Part shown: piece after piece, positions 59,586 to 64,000 of the stretch
Layout of the letters: each line of letters starts with the position of its first letter
How positions within the stretch are numbered: position 1 is the first letter of the stretch
Assembly: GCA_026395685.1 (NCBI GenBank)
Contig: JAPLYG010000012.1
Location: forward strand, 7,039 to 71,038
DNA length: 64,000 nt
Source of the DNA: Candidatus Parcubacteria bacterium
GTDB lineage: Bacteria; Patescibacteriota; Patescibacteriia; CAIXNZ01
Reading direction: 5' to 3'
Notes under the pieces: generated by a model
Databases searched by the model: none
The model's input: only the letters and a program-made list of their open reading frames with translations
Told to the model about the DNA's origin: nothing
Made by a program: the position numbers and the translations under genes

Positions 59586-60548
59586 ATGGGCGAAAAATTT
59601 TATGAAAAGCCAGCCGTAAAAAAACAAGAGGATATTGAGAAATTCGGAGAAGCTTATGTATTTAAAGCTTTTCATGAATTGGGCTTTAAAATTGAATTGA
59701 TGCCTGAATTGTATGAACGCCTCATTGAATTGGCTACGATGGAAAAATCTCACTTTGTAGATGCTGTTAAAATGGCGAAAATGGTCGATGTTATTTGGGA
59801 TGATATTAGAACATTGCCTGACATTAAATTAACAAAGAACGAAATGAAATTAGCCTGCCTTTTTCATGATATCGGCAAATCAGGCCCTAAAGAAGCAGAA
59901 AACAGAGAGCAAAGGCGCATGATTCAAATGCTATTTAATCAAAAATATTTTAATCCAAAATCAGAGGGATTTAAAAATCTGAAAGGCCCTATTAAAAATT
60001 TAAGCATCGCTGATGCTTTGCAAATGGAAACCCAGATTGCCCCGCAGTCAAAAAAAAGAGTAATTGCGTATTTAGAAACATTAACGATTCATATATATAA
60101 TCCAGCCAGTAAAAAAGCCGAACCAGAAAAATTAGATATCAAAAAACATAAAATGATAGATTTTTGGCGCGAGCATGATTATTGGACTTTGAGTTTATTA
60201 AAAGCTTATGGTAATCATCAGGTTAATAATGACGTTAAGGAAGTTGCCAGTACCCATCATACGCTTGAAGGCCATGATCCGTGTGAAGTTGACGGAATGT
60301 TGAAACATGAATCAGCTACTATGGAATTATCGGATAAATACTTAATGCTGACTCTAATTGATAAATATCAGGCCTGGATCGATCGTTCCGGTCTTAGCCA
60401 TATTGTGGCAATTAAAAAATTAAAATCTGAAATAGCTCAAAGCTGGAAGGATAAAATTATTTCCAAAGAAGTAGCAAAAAAATTCCTCGATTGTTTAAGA
60501 AGAATTAAAAAATATAAAGATTTACCAAACTTAATCAACAAAGAATAA
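59586..60548 (+). CDS. HD-domain phosphohydrolase-like protein
   Basis: LACLFHDIGKSG HD motif. Confidence 0.55.
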   Translation: MGEKFYEKPAVKKQEDIEKFGEAYVFKAFHELGFKIELMPELYERLIELATMEKSHFVDAVKMAKMVDVIWDDIRTLPDIKLTKNEMKLACLFHDIGKSGPKEAENREQRRMIQMLFNQKYFNPKSEGFKNLKGPIKNLSIADALQMETQIAPQSKKRVIAYLETLTIHIYNPASKKAEPEKLDIKKHKMIDFWREHDYWTLSLLKAYGNHQVNNDVKEVASTHHTLEGHDPCEVDGMLKHESATMELSDKYLMLTLIDKYQAWIDRSGLSHIVAIKKLKSEIAQSWKDKIISKEVAKKFLDCLRRIKKYKDLPNLINKE

Positions 60549-60555
60549 TAAATTT

Positions 60556-60592
60556 AAAAGCCCCGAGTCATTTGACCCGGGGCTTTGTTTTA
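60556..60592. terminator. Bidirectional terminator between convergent genes
   Basis: AAAAGCCCCGAGTCA-tt-TGACCCGGGGCTTTGTTTT. Confidence 0.65.
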
Positions 60593-62032
60593 CATCTGGC
60601 CAGTCCAGCAGTAGGTGCAGAGTCTGTTTGTTGGCAATCCGATGCAGGAAATCGTTTCTTCCATGGTGGGATAAATAATCTGCTTAACCACCTCAATCTC
60701 TGACTCCCGGTTGACATCCCGGCGAATCCAATCAACCATAAACTGGTATTCTTCGGTAGCGGGATCGAGATATGGTCTCATATCGATCTCTTCAATGGGT
60801 TTGCCTTCTTTGGCAACCATAGCGCGACAGGCAGCTAATTCTGCTCTTTCACGGGTTGAAACTTCAAAGGGGCAGGTTTGCACTAAAGGCGGACAAGCCA
60901 GTCCCAGGTAGATGCCTTTGGGACGGCAGTCGCTGATTTTTTTGATCAGCTTTCGAAACTGGGTATTTCTCACCAGGGAATCATCCAGCATAAAAATTGT
61001 TTGGTCATTGATCAGTTCTTTGACTACAATGATTTTATGATGTGCCGCATCGTCACGTAATTCCTGGTTGGGATAAATATAACTGCGGGTATCGCCTTTT
61101 TTTAGCATGGGCCGTTTGAATGGCTTGCCCGAGGCAATAGCGGCTCCAATGCCATGTGCAGTGCCTGAATCAGGAATGCCCGTTAAATAATCGCAGTTTA
61201 GCCCCAGGGCATGGAATTTTTTCCACAATAACGCTCCCAGTGCGTAGCGAATGGTTTCGACGCATCTATTTTCAATAATCGCGGAAGGGAAGGCCGTGTA
61301 AACGTAAAGAAAGGCGCAAATTTTGCTGGTGTCTGATCCTTCTTGGAGAATCTCATAGCCTTTTTCGTTTAGAAGGCCAATTTCACCTGCCTGTAGCTCA
61401 TGTTCGCGTTCAAACCCGAGGTTAGGAAAAGCTGTTGTTTCAGAGGCGACTGCCCAAGCGTCCTTTTTAACGCCTATGGTCAGGGAAAAGGTGCCTCTTT
61501 TGCTTCTGGCAATATAAATGCCCTGGGGACAAAGTAAAAGCAGGGAAATGGATCCTTTGCCATCAATTGCCTGCCAGACTTTATTTATGCCATCAACAAA
61601 ATTATTTCCCTTGGCAATAATTTGGCCGACTACTTCGGCTTTATTGTAATTCCAGCTTTTTCTCTTCTCGTCATCGGTCATTTCCGTAAATGTTCGTCCT
61701 TCATTACGAAGTTTTTCTCCCAGTTCATGCAGGTTTTGGATATTGCCCTGCACACAAATCGCAAATTCTCCGTTTTTGGTATGAAAGGGAAGCGGCTGAA
61801 CATCATCGGAACTGATGACTCCGATTCCCATTTCACCGGTAAGCCTGGACAAATCATTAGCCAATCTTGATAAAAACGGGGTTTCCGTAATTTTATGAAT
61901 AGCCAATCTGGGACCGTTATCCCAAGTTACCATGCCGCCTATGGCGTTGCCCAGATGAGAATGGGCATTTGTACCGCGCCAAATATGGTAGCTGCAATTT
62001 TCTTTAGAAATAACTCCAAATAATCCTGACAT
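60590..62032 (-). CDS. PurF-like class-II amidotransferase/phosphoribosyltransferase homolog with Ser in place of the N-terminal nucleophile Cys
   Basis: PRTase motif IFMLDDSLVRNTQF. N-terminus is MSGLFGV (compare MCGIVGI). SD AAGGAGG upstream. GC is higher than the surrounding sequence. Confidence 0.6.
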   Translation of the reverse strand: MSGLFGVISKENCSYHIWRGTNAHSHLGNAIGGMVTWDNGPRLAIHKITETPFLSRLANDLSRLTGEMGIGVISSDDVQPLPFHTKNGEFAICVQGNIQNLHELGEKLRNEGRTFTEMTDDEKRKSWNYNKAEVVGQIIAKGNNFVDGINKVWQAIDGKGSISLLLLCPQGIYIARSKRGTFSLTIGVKKDAWAVASETTAFPNLGFEREHELQAGEIGLLNEKGYEILQEGSDTSKICAFLYVYTAFPSAIIENRCVETIRYALGALLWKKFHALGLNCDYLTGIPDSGTAHGIGAAIASGKPFKRPMLKKGDTRSYIYPNQELRDDAAHHKIIVVKELINDQTIFMLDDSLVRNTQFRKLIKKISDCRPKGIYLGLACPPLVQTCPFEVSTRERAELAACRAMVAKEGKPIEEIDMRPYLDPATEEYQFMVDWIRRDVNRESEIEVVKQIIYPTMEETISCIGLPTNRLCTYCWTGQM

Positions 62033-62290
62033 TTTAAATCCTCCTTGATTTTTTGTGAAAAAACAATAGAATCTCTTTGACCCCAGCTATATTTTAACAG
62101 ACTTGAAAACAAAGTCAATTTTTGCTAAGATTAGGATATGGTTGGATTCATTTAATAATGAAGACTATGAACCACGGATTATTTTCACGGATTTCCACAG
62201 ATACGATCTCGTTAAAATTTATGTTTCATCGTTTTCCAACTTTATACAACCTCATATAACCTAATAAAACATAATCTAACCTCAATAACT

Positions 62291-63610
62291 ATGCTCGACA
62301 TCAATTACATCAGAGACAACTTAAAGGAGTTTAAAAAAGCTGCTAAAAACAAGAAAATTGACGTAGATTTGGATAAGCTTTTGGAATTGGATGAACAAAG
62401 GCGTAAGTTAATCCAGGAAATGGATCTCTTGCGCAGCCAGCGTAATGAAAACGCTGATTTGCTTAAGGATCCAAAAAAACGCACAGATAACCTGATTGAA
62501 GATGGTAGGGCGTTAAAAGACAAGCTAGCTGGCCTGGAAAGCGAATATAACGCTGTTTTAAGCGAGTTTAATGCGATTATGGTAAAAGTGCCCACCATTC
62601 CTTCAGCAGATACTCCAGTGGGCAAAGATGAGTCTGAAAACGTGGAGTTTTATAAATGGGGTGAACCCAGGACATTTGATTTTGAGCCTAAAAGCTATAT
62701 GGAATTGGCTGAAAGTCTGGATTTATTAGATATTGAAAGAGGCGCTAAAGTAGGCGGCTATCGCGGTTATTATTTGAAAAATGAAGCAGTAATGATGCAG
62801 ATGGGCTTGATGATGCATGCTTTGACAAAATTAATTAGCAAAGGCTTTACTCCTATTATTCCGCCGACTTTGGTTAAGGAATTTGTCTTATTTGGCAGCG
62901 GTTACTTTGGCGGTACAGAATATAATCCTGATAAGGATGAAATCTATAAAATAGCCAATGATGAGAAATTAGCTGATGGCACGCTAAAAAAAGAGAATAA
63001 GTTTTTAATAGGAACAGCTGAGCCGTCACTTTTAGCCTATTATGCCGATGAAATTATTGAGGAAAAGGATTTGCCTAAGAAATTTGTGGGTTTTTCTCAA
63101 TGTTACCGCAGCGAAATCGGCAGTTATGGCAAGGATACCAAGGGCATTTATCGCGTTCATGAATTTATGAAAGTTGAACAGGTTTGTCTGACCAAGGCTG
63201 ATCCTGCAGAATCAGATAAAATGCATCAGGAAATTATTAAAATATCACAGGAATTGTTGGAAGATTTCAAATTGCCCTATAGATTATTACAAATTTGCAC
63301 AGGTGATATGAGTGCCGGAAAATATAAGATGTTTGATTTGGAAGCCTGGATGCCTAGCCGCAAAGGTTATGGTGAAACTGGTTCAGCTTCAAATTTCCTT
63401 GATTGGCAGGCCAGACGTCTAAATGTCCGTTATAAGGACGCGAATGGCGATAAGAAATATGTTCATATGATTAATAATACTGCCATTGCCAGCCCGAGAT
63501 TTTTGATTCCTATTTTGGAAAATTATCAAAATGCCGATGGTTCAGTTACAATTCCAGAATTGTTAAGGCCATATTTGGGGAATCAAGAAAAGATTATACC
63601 TAAAAAGTAA
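62291..63610 (+). CDS. serS: Seryl-tRNA synthetase
   Basis: MLDINYIRDN start, N-terminal coiled coil, class II motifs. Confidence 0.9.
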   Translation: MLDINYIRDNLKEFKKAAKNKKIDVDLDKLLELDEQRRKLIQEMDLLRSQRNENADLLKDPKKRTDNLIEDGRALKDKLAGLESEYNAVLSEFNAIMVKVPTIPSADTPVGKDESENVEFYKWGEPRTFDFEPKSYMELAESLDLLDIERGAKVGGYRGYYLKNEAVMMQMGLMMHALTKLISKGFTPIIPPTLVKEFVLFGSGYFGGTEYNPDKDEIYKIANDEKLADGTLKKENKFLIGTAEPSLLAYYADEIIEEKDLPKKFVGFSQCYRSEIGSYGKDTKGIYRVHEFMKVEQVCLTKADPAESDKMHQEIIKISQELLEDFKLPYRLLQICTGDMSAGKYKMFDLEAWMPSRKGYGETGSASNFLDWQARRLNVRYKDANGDKKYVHMINNTAIASPRFLIPILENYQNADGSVTIPELLRPYLGNQEKIIPKK

Positions 63611-64000
63611 AATTTATAGCTAATATCAGCCTAAATATTGCTATAGCATTATCTCTACTTGGATTTTTAATAGGGGATAGAGCATGAATTGAATATGGAT
63701 GAGTAAATTAGGGATACATTGAATATATTGCTGTAAATACTTGAATTATTTGTTTAAATAAGATGAATAATTATATTGTTCAATTATAAATATTTGAATA
63801 ATCATTTTGCGACACATGTGGAGGCATTCAAAGTTCAAAAAATATAAAATTAATCGGCCTCAGATAAAATACAAAAATCCATTTATTAAGTCTAGGGGGA
63901 AAATTAAATTTAAATTAATTTATCTTTTAGATTTATTAATTTTAATTGTTTCAGTAGGATTGATCTATTTTTTTTTATTTTCAAATTTTTATAAAATTAC

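Overview
This 64-kb window is low-GC (~35-38%) and densely coding on the + strand, with almost no Shine-Dalgarno sequences. It looks like a reduced, monoderm-type genome (Candidate Phyla Radiation / Patescibacteria-like); that lineage call is inference only.

Recognisable content:
- The 3' end of a TraG/VirD4/HerA-like ATPase gene with a zinc-ribbon tail.
- A non-oxidative pentose-phosphate cluster: rpiB, rpe, a split transketolase interrupted by a membrane-protein gene, a LacD/DUF2090-type aldolase and a PfkB kinase.
- A rubredoxin-FTR-catalytic fusion, rsmI, metG, an FkbM methyltransferase, cvpA, tatD and rnhB.
- A complete F-type ATP synthase operon (atpZ-like, atpB, atpE, atpF, atpH, atpA, atpG, atpD, atpC). 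An extra nucleoside-deoxyribosyltransferase-like gene sits between atpD and atpC, and a duplicated atpG 3' fragment lies downstream of atpG.
- rlmN, a UvrD-type helicase fused to a Cas4-like nuclease, proS, mreBCD, PBP2, greA, lysS, a minus-strand purF-like gene and serS.

The most unusual region is a ~16.5-kb cluster of cell-surface proteins at 34287-50721:
- Five paralogs share a ~170-aa C-terminal beta-rich domain that ends ...TPAGxYxxxVxITxVxNF.
- A CscA/DUF916-like protein with a C-terminal membrane anchor.
- A protein with a dockerin-like C-terminus.
- A membrane-anchored protein with cadherin-like (He_PIG) repeats.
- A 1170-aa protein with several LamG-like domains.

Together these resemble a csc/WxL-type surface complex and are a candidate host- or substrate-attachment apparatus.

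Intergenic spacers carry several families of nested palindromic, REP/MITE-like repeats. One copy carries a GxxExxY gene as cargo. A few GC-richer genes with strong SD sequences look horizontally acquired. No rRNA, tRNA or CRISPR array was found.
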